A DNA stretch of 64,000 nt from Podarcis cretensis (taxonomy: Eukaryota): contig OX638155.1 in assembly GCA_951804945.1 (NCBI GenBank), positions 72,850,001 to 72,914,000 of the forward strand, in the 5' to 3' direction. A program made the translations under genes and the position numbers. Below are positions 40,941-53,100 of this stretch, one piece after another. The notes under the pieces were generated by a model. It saw only the letters and a list, made by a program, of their open reading frames with translations. It had not been told where the DNA came from and searched no databases. How positions within the stretch are numbered: position 1 is the first letter of the stretch; each line of letters begins with the position of its first letter.

Positions 40941-43900
40941 CAGCCCGTCCTACTAGAAAACTTTGTCATTTGATAAACATGATTTGCAATGCATTGATCT
41001 GGAATGACTTTGTGATTTTTAACAAAGACATAATCATTTGTAGAATTAGGAAATCAACCCAAGCAGTAAGGTGGGTAACTTGAGATGATTACTATTTTAT
41101 TTAAAAGCATTTCTAAACTGTTTGATAAGTAAAAAAACAACATTATTGTTAGTAATTACATTCTACCTATCTCAAGGTGGTGTACAATAAAAAATAGCAA
41201 CAGGAAAAACAAAAACAAACAGGCAAAAGCACAAAAAGCATTTATGTTTTAAAAGGCAACAGCAAAATAAATAGACATCCATGGCAGAGATTCATTAATC
41301 AACCAAGAGAGGCTTGTCGGAACCAAACTATCTTCAGTTGCTTCCGGAAAATGCAGAAAGTCTTTGCCTGTGGTATTTTGACATGAATGCTATTCCCCAG
41401 AAGAGGGGCAGCTACAATGCAAGCCATGGGGCAACCACACTGAAATCTCTGCCCTGTTCAGCAGAAGCTCTCTTGCAGACTGCAGTGACCTACTGGGTAT
41501 ATAAGGGCTAAAACAGTGTCTCAAGTAACCTGGTTCTGGGCCTTTTATGTTAGTACCAAAACCTCGAACTTGCCCCTGCAGCAAACTGGCAGCCAGTCAA
41601 ATCCCACAAGCAAGATATCATAGAATTGTAGAGTTGGAAGGGACCCGAGCTCCATACAGTCCAACCCCCCTGCAACGCAGGAAATATATGCTGGCGGTAG
41701 TTTGCCCCCACAAGCAACCTAGTAATTGTGTTCTGTACCAGCTTCAGACTCCAGATCTACCTCAAGGGTAGCCCCACTCAGAGAACATTGCAATACTCCA
41801 ACCATGAGATTACCAAATCCTTGGACAACTGTGGTCAAGCTACCCTGATCAAGGAACAGCTGTAGCTGTCTTGCTGACCAAAGCTGGAAAAAAGACCCTC
41901 TTTGTCATCAAACTGAGCTGTGGTTTCAGTGACAGAGCTGGATGCAACATCCATTATGAATCCAATATAAAACCCAATATCTATTCAAATTCAATACCCA
42001 TTAAAACAAAAATACAACCTAAAAACTGATGAAAGTTTAAAAGCAAATAAAGCAGAGAAGAGGTTATTTATGCATACTCAAAACAGCTCAAAGTGTCTCA
42101 GAACCTGTAAGTCATCTTACTGCCTCTCAATATTCAAAAGGGATAATTTGACATGTTTAGCTGTTTCATCACGCAACATAAGATTATCCCATTTCAGTGC
42201 AAACTTGACAAAGCAAAATCTTCAAGACATACTTTTTCCTCAGAAGCGATAGCACACTGCCATTGCCTTCATGTCCCACCAGCCAGGAGAGGTAATGAAG
42301 AGGCTTAGTCCTACAAAGATTAAAGATTAAATAAGTTAAATAAGTTTGACATTTGCCCCTAAACTCCTAACTCCAACACTTGTCTCCTCTTCTTTAATCA
42401 TCTGTCTTTAACTTAACCAATCCATTCTTCAGCTTTTAATAATGTTGTACTGAACCTTGGTGTTGCACTGCGACACTACTACCCAAGAGTTATTTGATCC
42501 TTTCCCCTTTTTCTTTTGCACAGCAGATCATGGAACTAGGGACTTGGTGGGTTTGAACTCCATGGTTTTGCCAAAATGGACTTGTCAAATATGCACTGAG
42601 GAACATTTTGGGCAATTCTGGCAAACTGGATTGCATGGTTATATGCTGAATAGCTTCATAGACAATAAAGGGAAGGACCATAGCTCAATGGTAGAGCATC
42701 TGCTTTGCATGCAGAAAGTCTTAGGTTCAATCCTTGGCATCTCCAGTTAGGGTGGGGAGAGATTCCTGTCTGAAATCCTGAAGAGCTACTGCCTGCCAGT
42801 GAGATGATACAGAACCAGGTGGCCCGGTGGAGTACAGGGACAGGTTTAAGGTGCTGGTTTTGACCTTTAAAGCTCTATGCGGCCTAGGACCAACGTACCT
42901 ACGGGACTGCCTCTCCTGGTATGCCCCGCGGAGGACCTTAAGGTCCACAAATGACAACATTTTGGAGGTCCCAAGTCACAAGGTGGTTAGGCTGGTCTCA
43001 ACCAGGGCCAGGGTCTTTTCAGTACTGGCCCCAACTTGGTGGAACGCTCTGTCACAAGAGACTGGGCCCTGCGGGACTTGACATCTTTCTGCAGGGCCTG
43101 CAAGACAGAGCTGTTCCGCCTGGCCTTTGGTTTGGACTCAGTCTGACTAGTGCGTTGTATAAATGGAAGTAGGTTTAAAATGATCTCTTACCGATAATTC
43201 TTTTCTTGTGGGGGAAGACTCCAAGAGATGCTCAGAGAATGTATTTCTTTCACTGGAACAACTGAGGCGGGAGAAATGAGTCAATTTCAAACATTCACAT
43301 GGGTGGTTATTCTTGCAGCAGACATTGAGAAAACGGGCAAGGGAAACGAAAGAGGTGGTGAGAGGAATAAACATGCACACATATTACTTCCAAAGGTTAT
43401 AAGGCCATGTAAAAAAACACCAAAAGTTGGCATCCGTTTGTCTCAGGAGGCAATGGAAGAGTGCACCTTCAGTGGCATAGTCAAACAACTGGAGAAGAAG
43501 AAGAAGAGTTTGGATTTGATATCCCACTTTATCTCTACCCGAAGGAGTCTCAAAGCAGCTCACATTCTCCTTTCCCTTCTTCCCCCACAACAAACACTCT
43601 GTGAGGTGAGTGAGGCTGAGAGACTTAAAAGAAGTGTGACTAGCCCAAGGTCACCCAGCAGCTGCATGTGGAGGAGCAGGGAATCGAACCCGGTTCACCA
43701 GATTACGACTCTATCGCTCTTAACCACTAGACCACACTGGCACTGGAGAGTTACAGAGCCTGCTGTGGCTGAAGAAACCAAAACAGGAGAGACATATTAG
43801 AGACAGCTGAAGCTAAGATAGTAGCTTGCCTTAAGGTCACACTGTGACCTTGTGCCTGAGGTGGACTTTGAGTGGAGAACTTCTTCTTCCAATATGTCTT

Positions 43901-46900
43901 GTCAGTAGAGATATTTACCCCATATTGCATCTATATTTGAACTATTTAAAACCATGTGTAATTGTTTTAAATGTTTGTATTGTTGTTGTTGTTTTTAAAT
44001 ATAGAGACCTGTTTTAAATTATTTTTACACTTTTCTTGTTTTTTTAGCTGTAGTTGTAACCCATCCTGGGACAGTAAAGGTTTTTTTAAAAAAGCAATGT
44101 AGCTCTGATGCAATTTTCCATTGACAATGGATTGCTGCTCTACATCGCCTTCTGGTGTCACATTTTTACAACACATTTTAAATGTTTTAACTGAACCGTG
44201 TAGGTGGGTCCTCAGTTTGGTAAGTGATATCCCTTCAGATTTCCCAATGATAACAATTTTTGGGTTGAGACTAATTACCTTTGTAAAGCTTGTGAAATGC
44301 AGGTGTGTCAAACGGCTGTGGCAGATGACCAAAAGTTGGTTTGGGTAATCCACTTAAAAACAATAAAGAAACAATAAATAAATAAATAAATTGCAATTCC
44401 CACTGATTCCTGCTCTCAGTTCTCTCCTCCAAATATTTATATATTTAGGTGGCAATCCAACAGACACTTACAAGGGACTAAATCCTATTGAATTCAATGT
44501 TATTTGCTTCTGAGTAGATATGCACAGGTTTGCATTGAACTAAGACTGCATAGTTAATTACACATTATTTTCATGGGATGCTATGACTACATCTGAGCCT
44601 TTGCTTTAGTGGGTTCTCAGAACGGAATTTATTTGCTTGACACTGATTACAAGTTTGGTGGAAGACCCAGCATTTCCAATCTAATGTTTGTCCTTGCCCT
44701 ATTGTATCTCTAATTAAAAGGAAGTCAAGGATCAGTACCTTTTACTAGTACTTCCATCTATTTCTCAAATATCTAGTTCTCTCCCCCTTAATATAATTCT
44801 TTGATTCTCTTCCCTGGCTTGGCAGAATTCAACAAAAACAGATCTGGTAAAGTAAAGGTCTATGATAAAGTGGATAAAACTGGTAAAAAACAACAACGCC
44901 ACACATAAACTCCACCTTACAATTATATCTTAGGAATGCATAGTAATATTTGACCGTATTCTTTCTCTTTTATATTTCTAATTGATATGTCATTGATATG
45001 TCACAAAGTATCAGATTTTGCAAGCCATCAACAGTTTTAGGATAAAGAACAACAACAAAATTTCTTACTTATTTGGGATCTGTGAGAAAATTTCCGTCAC
45101 CCATTTCTCCAAAGTGTCCAGAGTTTCTAATAAAGAAATATTGAAATATTGAGAGAGAGAGAGAGAGAGAAGAAGAAGAAGAAGAAGAAGAAGAAGAAGA
45201 AGAAGGGGGGGGGAGAGAAAGAAAGCAGTATGTTCTCACAAGGACAAAGTTAAGGTGATAACATTGGAGCAGCATTCTTAAATATTATGAACACACGGGG
45301 CTGTAGAAAGAAGTCATTGCACTGATGGAACAAATTCCACTCATCAATGGTACTTCTCATTCCTCTTCCTCCTGTGCGTCACCCACACCATCTCAAATCT
45401 GCTACGGGGTTTTCCCCAAGCCTAAAGACCACATTTCAGGTGAGGGGTGATAGGGAAGGCAAGGGATGGGGATTTCCTTTGTACAAATGGAAGTCCTTCC
45501 ACATGTGCAATTAATTTGTTTGCTACAACCCACAATGCATAGATGTTTGCATCAACTAAATGGCAAAGTTGCAGGAGCTCCCAACTTTTTCCACACTTCG
45601 TTTTGATGTTGTTCATCCTCAATGAACTACCTAGTCACATTATACCTAATAAACCTTCACCCTATGATTTGCCTTTTGTATCAGACCAGCAACCTTCTCA
45701 GTTATTCTTATTCAGGCATTACTCACCAAATGAAAAACACTGATATAGCAGGGAACCCTTTCTGTGCGTGGAATCTCCCTGTGTGATTAAGAACCCTGAA
45801 AGATACCCACTGAAAACATCCACACTAAACTTGCAGTTCAGGAGACACTAAACATGAGAACACTTCAAGCAATTGAAGATTTGTCTGTTCCAGCAGACTT
45901 TCCCTGACTCTTACAATATTTTGAAAGTGTGATGCTATGCTTTTTACCTTTCTAGAACTTTATTGCATTACATAGTACTGTTGTGTTTTAGTTTTATTGT
46001 TTTATTTTGTGCAAATGCTTATAAAATGAAATACAGTGGTACATCGGGTTACAGACACTTCAGGTTACAGACTCCGCTAAACCAGAAGTAGTACCTCAGA
46101 TTAAGAACTTTGCTTCAGGATGAGAACAGAAATTGCACAGTGGCAAGGGGAGGCCCCATTAGCTAAAGTGGTACCTCAGGTCAAGAACAGTTTCAGGTTA
46201 AGAATGGACCTCAAGAACGAATTAAATTCTTAACTCGAGGTACCACTGTATGTATATTCTATATGCATATCTATCTATGTACCATATCTATAAGTCTTTG
46301 TAAGCTGCTTAAATATCATTTTGGTGTTAAGTGAATTACATCATAAACCCAAGAAGGCCTGGGGTGAACCATGTCTCAATCATATAAAATGGCTGCCACA
46401 CTGAAAGAAGTAGAAAAATAGACTGGACAACAAAATAGTGTCGATGGGCGCCCCTCCATCAATGGGAAAAAGTACATATTTCACCCACTGCCATGTTCAT
46501 ACACAGAGAAAAGCGCTTTGCATCTCTATCTTCCCTTTCAGAACAGAAGAGAGGGTAAGTTTCCAATCCAGGCATCTCAAGAAATGTGGGCTTATTTAAG
46601 AGCAAGTATTTGTTGTAGGAGGGGCTGAGTCAGTCTGAATATGAACTGAGCAGGAAGAGCAAACAGTCTCCCATTCACTGAGATATTTTTCATGGGTGCC
46701 AAAGGAGGTACAGTGGTAAAGGTAAAGGTAAAGGTAAAGGTACCCCTGACCAACAGGTCCAGTTGTGACCGACTCTGGGGTTGCGCGCTCATCTCGCTCA
46801 AGACGCCGGGAGCCAGCGCTTGTCTGAAGACAGCTTCCGGGTCATGTGGCCAGTGTGACTAAGCCGCAGCTGGTGAGCCAGCACCAGCGCAGCACACGGA

Positions 46901-49900
46901 ATCGCCGTTTACCTTCCCGCTGGAGTGCGGTCCCTATTTATCTACTTGCACTTTGGGGTGCTTTTGAACTGCTAGGTGGGCAGGAGCTGGGACTGAACGA
47001 CGGGAACTCACCCCGTCGCGCGGGGATTCGAACCACTGACCTTTCGATCAGCAACTCCCGCGGTACCTCAGGTTAAGAATTTAATTCGTTCTGGAGGTCC
47101 GTCCTTAACCTAAAACTGTTCTTAACCTGAGGTACCACTTTAGCTAATGGGGCCTCCCACTGCCACTGCGCCACTGCCACGCAATTTCTTTTCTCATCTT
47201 GAACCAAAGTTCTTAACCCGAGGTACTATTTCTGGGTTAGTGGAGTCTGTAACCTGAAGCGTCTGTAACCTGAAGCGTCTGTAACCCAAGGTACCACTGT
47301 ACTGGCATAGGTGACCCCTGTAGTCATAAAGTTACTTATCTTGGGCGCTGCATTGTCAGCAAAACAGTTCATGGTATGCGATCTCATACGAACCATGACA
47401 AAATTCTTCCAAACATACGTGCACCCCCCCAACCAACAACTTAACATAGCATTGTATAACAAACATGCATACTCACATATATATAACTTATAGTTCAGCA
47501 CAGGGAGATTTTTATACCTCTAGATTGGACAACTAGATTCATATAGTGGGCTGAGTAGTGACGCGTCCTGAAATCCCTAAGCCTCTGATAGGTGTTAATT
47601 CTGTTCTTTTTCGGCGAATGTTTAAGTGTCTCCGCATTACCTGCAAATTTTTAACGGGAAGAGATTTGCTTTGAAATCAGCGAGGGTTTTAAGTTTTCAT
47701 GTTCGTGCATCAGATATCTTAGTCCTAAAAAGCTTCTCCAGGACCAATCATGCATCTATTTTTTATTTTTTATTTTAGCATGATTAGCCCAAGTCATGAA
47801 TATCAATCGTGACAGTTACACTGCATTCAGTTAGAAGTTCCACCTAATAAACAAGTCTCACCCAAATAATGGCAAATTATGGATATTTCCAGATGTCTCA
47901 GGAACCTAAGCAGCTCTCTTATAATACCATATTCACTCGAATTTAATGCTCACCTTTTTGGGCCAAATTACATTGCCAAAATTAAGGTGCGCATTAGATT
48001 CGATGGCACATTTACATTTGCCAGCAAATACCTTTTTTGGTTTCAAGGTTCTGAAAATTGAGGTGCGCATTAGATTCGATGGCACATTGGACTCGAGTAC
48101 GGTAAATACTGTAAGTCAGATTATCAGTCCTTTTAGCAATCCAAGGGCAGAAACTCTCAAGGATTTCAGATAGGAGTCCTTTACAACCTTCTCGAGGAGA
48201 CGCCAATGATTGAACCTGAGACCATTTTCAGGCAGAGCATCTGTTCCAACTATGGCTCTTCCCCTATTTCAGGGGTTGGGAACCTCTGGCCCAAAAGCCT
48301 AATTAGGCTCACCAGGCCTCCCCATTTAGCCCACCTGGTCATTTGGCCAAGTCTTGTCTGCCTGTTCAACACCTGATTCTAGATATAACTGGACCAAATG
48401 GGGTTTGTAAAGGTAGGACATCAGCTGATCATCTACATGGGCAAAAACGGGACACCTCATGTCATTGGCCCATGGGTGATAGGGGAGAGAAGGATTTAGT
48501 CTGTCATCCAGGTCCAGTGTTGGCATGATGGGAACAGTATTTTTGTTCTTCAATGCCGGGTTGTTGTTATAGACCGTAACAATGTGCCCCCACTACTCAA
48601 TCACTCTGTTGTCTTATGTATACTGAGTTAATAAGCACTATGAAGTCAGGGCTGGGACTAATTGCTGCCTGACCTGCTATTCTGCAGGGTTGACAGGCCA
48701 ACTTCATGTAATCAGCTGGTCAAAAATAATCTGCTAAATTTGTTTGCCAGGGCTTGCGTTTCAGGGCCATGCTGGGTTAAATCCCAAACTAAGCAGAAAT
48801 GAAGCAATTCAGGAAAAAAACAACAACCAACCATCAGCCAAAGATCTTTGGAAGGAACCAGAATTAAGGGCTTTTGTTCAAGTACAACAGCTCAAGAATT
48901 CCCTAATGCTTTTAAACTAAAACCCCACACTTTAAACTGAACCTCGCAACATTATACTTACCCCAAAAGAATTTTCTCATAGGATGTCCTTGTTTTGCAA
49001 GGCTTCCAAGGAGCAATTCTCTTCTGTTAGCATCAGAGGGCCTGGCTATTTGATATTCTGTTTGTTTTGAAGAACACATTAAGCAGCAGAAGGGAGAGTA
49101 CCTTTTTCAGTGATAAGATCATTTAGACAAGGAAACAGCCTATTAACACACATACACGAAGCAGCAGCGGATGAACTGACCTACCTACCTCATCTACAAT
49201 GAGAGGGATGGAAAGAGACAAACCATTCTGCTGCATACATCTGATGGGCTGAATCATGGAGTTCCCAGGGCACCAGGGAAGGGAGGCACTGCCCATTAAA
49301 TGAACAGAAATAACCAGCATCACAAGGAAAATGGAAGCTGTGGGAGCTGCGGTAATTGCCTTCTCCTCCTTTAGGTCCATGTCAACATGGTGCCATGGGA
49401 TGAGCAGGGTGGCAAGGAAAGGAAGAGATCACAGTGGCCCTTTAATTCATAAGAGGAGCTTTGCTGGATCAGACCAAAGGCCCACCTAGTTCACCATTCT
49501 GTTCCCACAGTGGCAAACCAAATGCCCAAACAGGATGCGAGCACAACAGTGTTTTCCTACTCATGTTCCCTAGTGACTGGTATGCAGTTACCTTTGATAC
49601 TGGAGGCAAGATACAGCCATCTCCAGATACACCAGATACTGGAGGCAAGATAACCATATTCTCCATACATTTGTCGAGTCCCCCTTTAAAGCTGTCTACC
49701 AGCGATGTAGTGTTGGTTGTTGGCGCCTAGCCAGTGTGTGCACTGAGCAGCGGAAAGGGGTGCTAGCCCAGCCCTCACCACTGATACTGCCAGAGTGACC
49801 ACAATGGAGCAAAGCGGGGCCGACCTCAGCTGTGTGGAGAGGAGCAATAGGCTGGGCTGGGCTTGCCTGCATGGGGTGGCCTGGTTTGTGCCCCCACAAG

Positions 49901-50092
49901 AATTGTGCACTCGCGGCCACCCTCCCCCTGGCAGCCCCATGCTACGCCCCTGCTGTCCACACTGGTATCTTGTCTATGGTGCACTCCCTAATGGTAAGAA
50001 TGGTACAGAAAACTAACTTTTGTGTATCTGATAACCAGCATCTGTATAGCACTGCTTTGACTCAGACCTATCCTCCAGTTTGCCTTTTTTGC

Positions 50093-50136
<44 letters not shown>

Positions 50137-53100
50137 TTATTATTTATTATTTATACCCCACCCATCTGGCTGAGTTTCCCCAGGCACTCTGAGCGGCTCC
50201 CAATCGAGTGTTAAAGACAATACAGCTTTAAATATTAAAAACTTCCCTAAACAGGGCTGCCTTCAGACGTCTTTTAAAAGTGGGATAGCTGCTTATTTCC
50301 TTGATGGGAGGGCGTTCCACAGGGTGGGTGCCACTACCGAGAAGGCTCTCTGTCTGGTTCCCTGTAACTTCACTTCTCGCAATGAGGGAACCACCAGAAG
50401 GCCCTCGGCACCCGATCTCAGTGTCCAGGCTGAATGATGGGGGTGGAGATGCTCCTTCAGGTATACAGGACCAAGACTTTAAAGGTCAGCACTAACACTT
50501 TGAATTGTGCTTGGAAACGTAAAAAAAAGGTAAAGGTACCCCTGCCCGTACGGGCCAGTCTTGACAGACTCTGGGGTTGTGCGCCCATCTCACTCAAGAG
50601 GCCAGGGGCCAGCGCTGTCCGGAGACACTTCCGGGTCACGTGGCCAGCGTGACAAAGCTGCATCTGGCGAGCCAGAGCCGCACACGGAAACGCCGTTTAC
50701 CTTCCCGCTGGTAAGCGGTCCCTATTTATCTACTTGCACCTGGAGGTGCTTTCGAACTGCTAGGTTGGCAGGCGCTGGGACCGAGCAGCGGGAGCGCACC
50801 CCGCCGCAGGGATTCGAACCGCCGACCTTTCGATCGGCAAGTCCTAGGCGCTGAGGCTTTAACCCACAGCGCCACCTGCGTCCCCTTTGCTTGGAAACGT
50901 ACTGGATTGCTAAACGTGGATTGCTGAACTGCAGCTATATCCTAAGCAGGAAAGTGTGGTCCATTCAGCCATTCATCAAACACCATCCTTTGAGCATTCT
51001 GTACACATTTGCTGGCATACAATGTTTTGTATGTAGGAAAAGGCTGTCCCCAAGGTGGTTGTGAGCAGCTTCCTCCTTTCTACCCTCTCCCTGTCCAAAG
51101 GTTCCATTTCTTGACATACCAGGGCCTTTTTCCCATATGTAATGGCTATTCTTGTCACCTGCCATGCTCTTAACTGCCTAACTGCTAGAGCCTGCAGTAT
51201 GACCATTTCTCTGCATCTCCTAATAAAAACATTTTTGTATGCAGTTTAGAATAAGATGCACATTTTTAAAAGTAATTTCCCCTAATGCAATGTGCTTTTG
51301 TATTTCACTAATGTATTCATTTTTAGGCACACTCTCCTCAGTATATGCATTCTTGTAAACATTGATTGGTTGGGAGAATCACATCACAAAATTGGGAGAA
51401 GGGCAAATTTCAAAGGATGGCTGTGTTTCAATTCTCATATTGTTTCAGAAAATTGCAAATTGGATAGATTCACCTTTAAATGCAAACAGGATCTAATTTC
51501 TCCTCTATCCCTACAAGAAGGCAGGCATAGATGTGCAGTGTAAAATAGTTTGCAAAAAAAAAGGGAGCCAGATTCAATGCTCTGCAGTATGATATGAATG
51601 CAGGACAAAATCTGGGGTCTGGAACTGAGCCTGGCGCAGCAATGTCTAGCACTAGATCCTGTCCTGCACTCTGATTGTACTGCAGCCTGTTGAATATTTC
51701 ACAAAGTGTGCAAGGCCAATTTTAAATGGGATTACAGGTCTAAAATCCTCTCAGACTAAAGAGGTAGGCCATTAATAGTCCTGCTTTACAAATGAGGACT
51801 CGGAAATTAAAGAGAATATATCCACAAAATCAGACAGCTGAAGATTAGATCTAAAGTTTGGAGGCACAGTTGAAAAATCCAGGATGCATGGGTTGGAGGG
51901 GAAATAATTTTTCCTACAGTGAGAAACCCACGTTGTCTGTTGTGCTTTGTGAAGCATTGTATTTAACCTCAGACATAAAAGACTAGAGTTAGACAAAGGT
52001 AGTCACTCTTTTCCTCTTAGCCCGTCACCCATGTCATCCTCACAATTAACACACATTGTGAACTCACACCAGAAAGTGACATATCTCCACATTTTATAAC
52101 AACTTATAACCTGAATGCATTTAAAGACCTACTGAATTCAATGGGATTTATTTCCTGAAGATATGCTTAGAATTGCAGCCTTACAGTTAATTACCTAGTT
52201 CGGTATGCTCTGGGAACTGATAAAATTACACTCCCAAAATTTATTGACCACAATCCAACATAAAGTTAAACACTCTTAAGACCATTATTTCAAAGGGCTT
52301 AAGGAGGCTTAAATATTTGGATTGTGGACATTGTATCTAAATATTACTTTTATAAAGTGGTTACATAAAACATGGGTCATCCAAATTTCATGATAGGAAT
52401 GCTACTTAAACCTGATGAGATCGTTTCTCTTAAGAATTGCAAGAATATCAACAATAAAAAATTTAGATCAAACCCATTTGTTTTACCACTATCTACAGCT
52501 TCAACTTCTCGGTCAATTGCATCCTTAATCATCAGTGGCTGGATGAAAAATTGTGCCCATCTACAAGAGAAATTGAAAATCGGGTTTCTGCTGTGCTGAA
52601 AAGCAGAACTATAATATTCTGTTTTGAAAAGTGCATATACAGTCCCTTGGGATATACCGTTCAAGTAACTTACTCAGAGTAGACCATTTAAAATTACCAG
52701 TACACACTGGTCCTGCTATCCAAACACTTGTTATACAAAATTTCACTTATCCAAACATGAGGAATTAGTACCCAAACCTTGCTATACGTCCCCCACAGAT
52801 TCAGATATCCAAATAGCCAGACCTGAGTTTAGTACTGTAAATAAACAGCCTCAAATAAGTCTTATTTCTTGTGTTCTGCTTATATATGGCAATCGTTTTG
52901 CCAAAAATCATGGTGGGTGGGGGGGGGGGAAGGAAAGAGAAGAGATAGGACAAATAAGAGCATTTTTTTCCTTCCATGGTTGCCTTTTGAAAGGTTTCAT
53001 AGGGTTTCCTGGAGTTTCCCTGCTCTCCCCCATCATTTGGGGGTCAAAATTCCCCATAAGAATCAGTGGAAATTGTTACTTGTTATAAGAATGCTCACCT

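Noticed and set aside
42672-42745. tRNA-Ala(TGC)-like sequence (tRNA-like heads also at 19600-19660 and 62183-62250)
   Set aside because: Broken stems, and each continues into a SINE body; SINE heads, not tRNA genes.
43228-43800. 190-aa plus-strand ORF
   Set aside because: Runs antisense through exon 10, intron sequence and a SINE; no domain signal.
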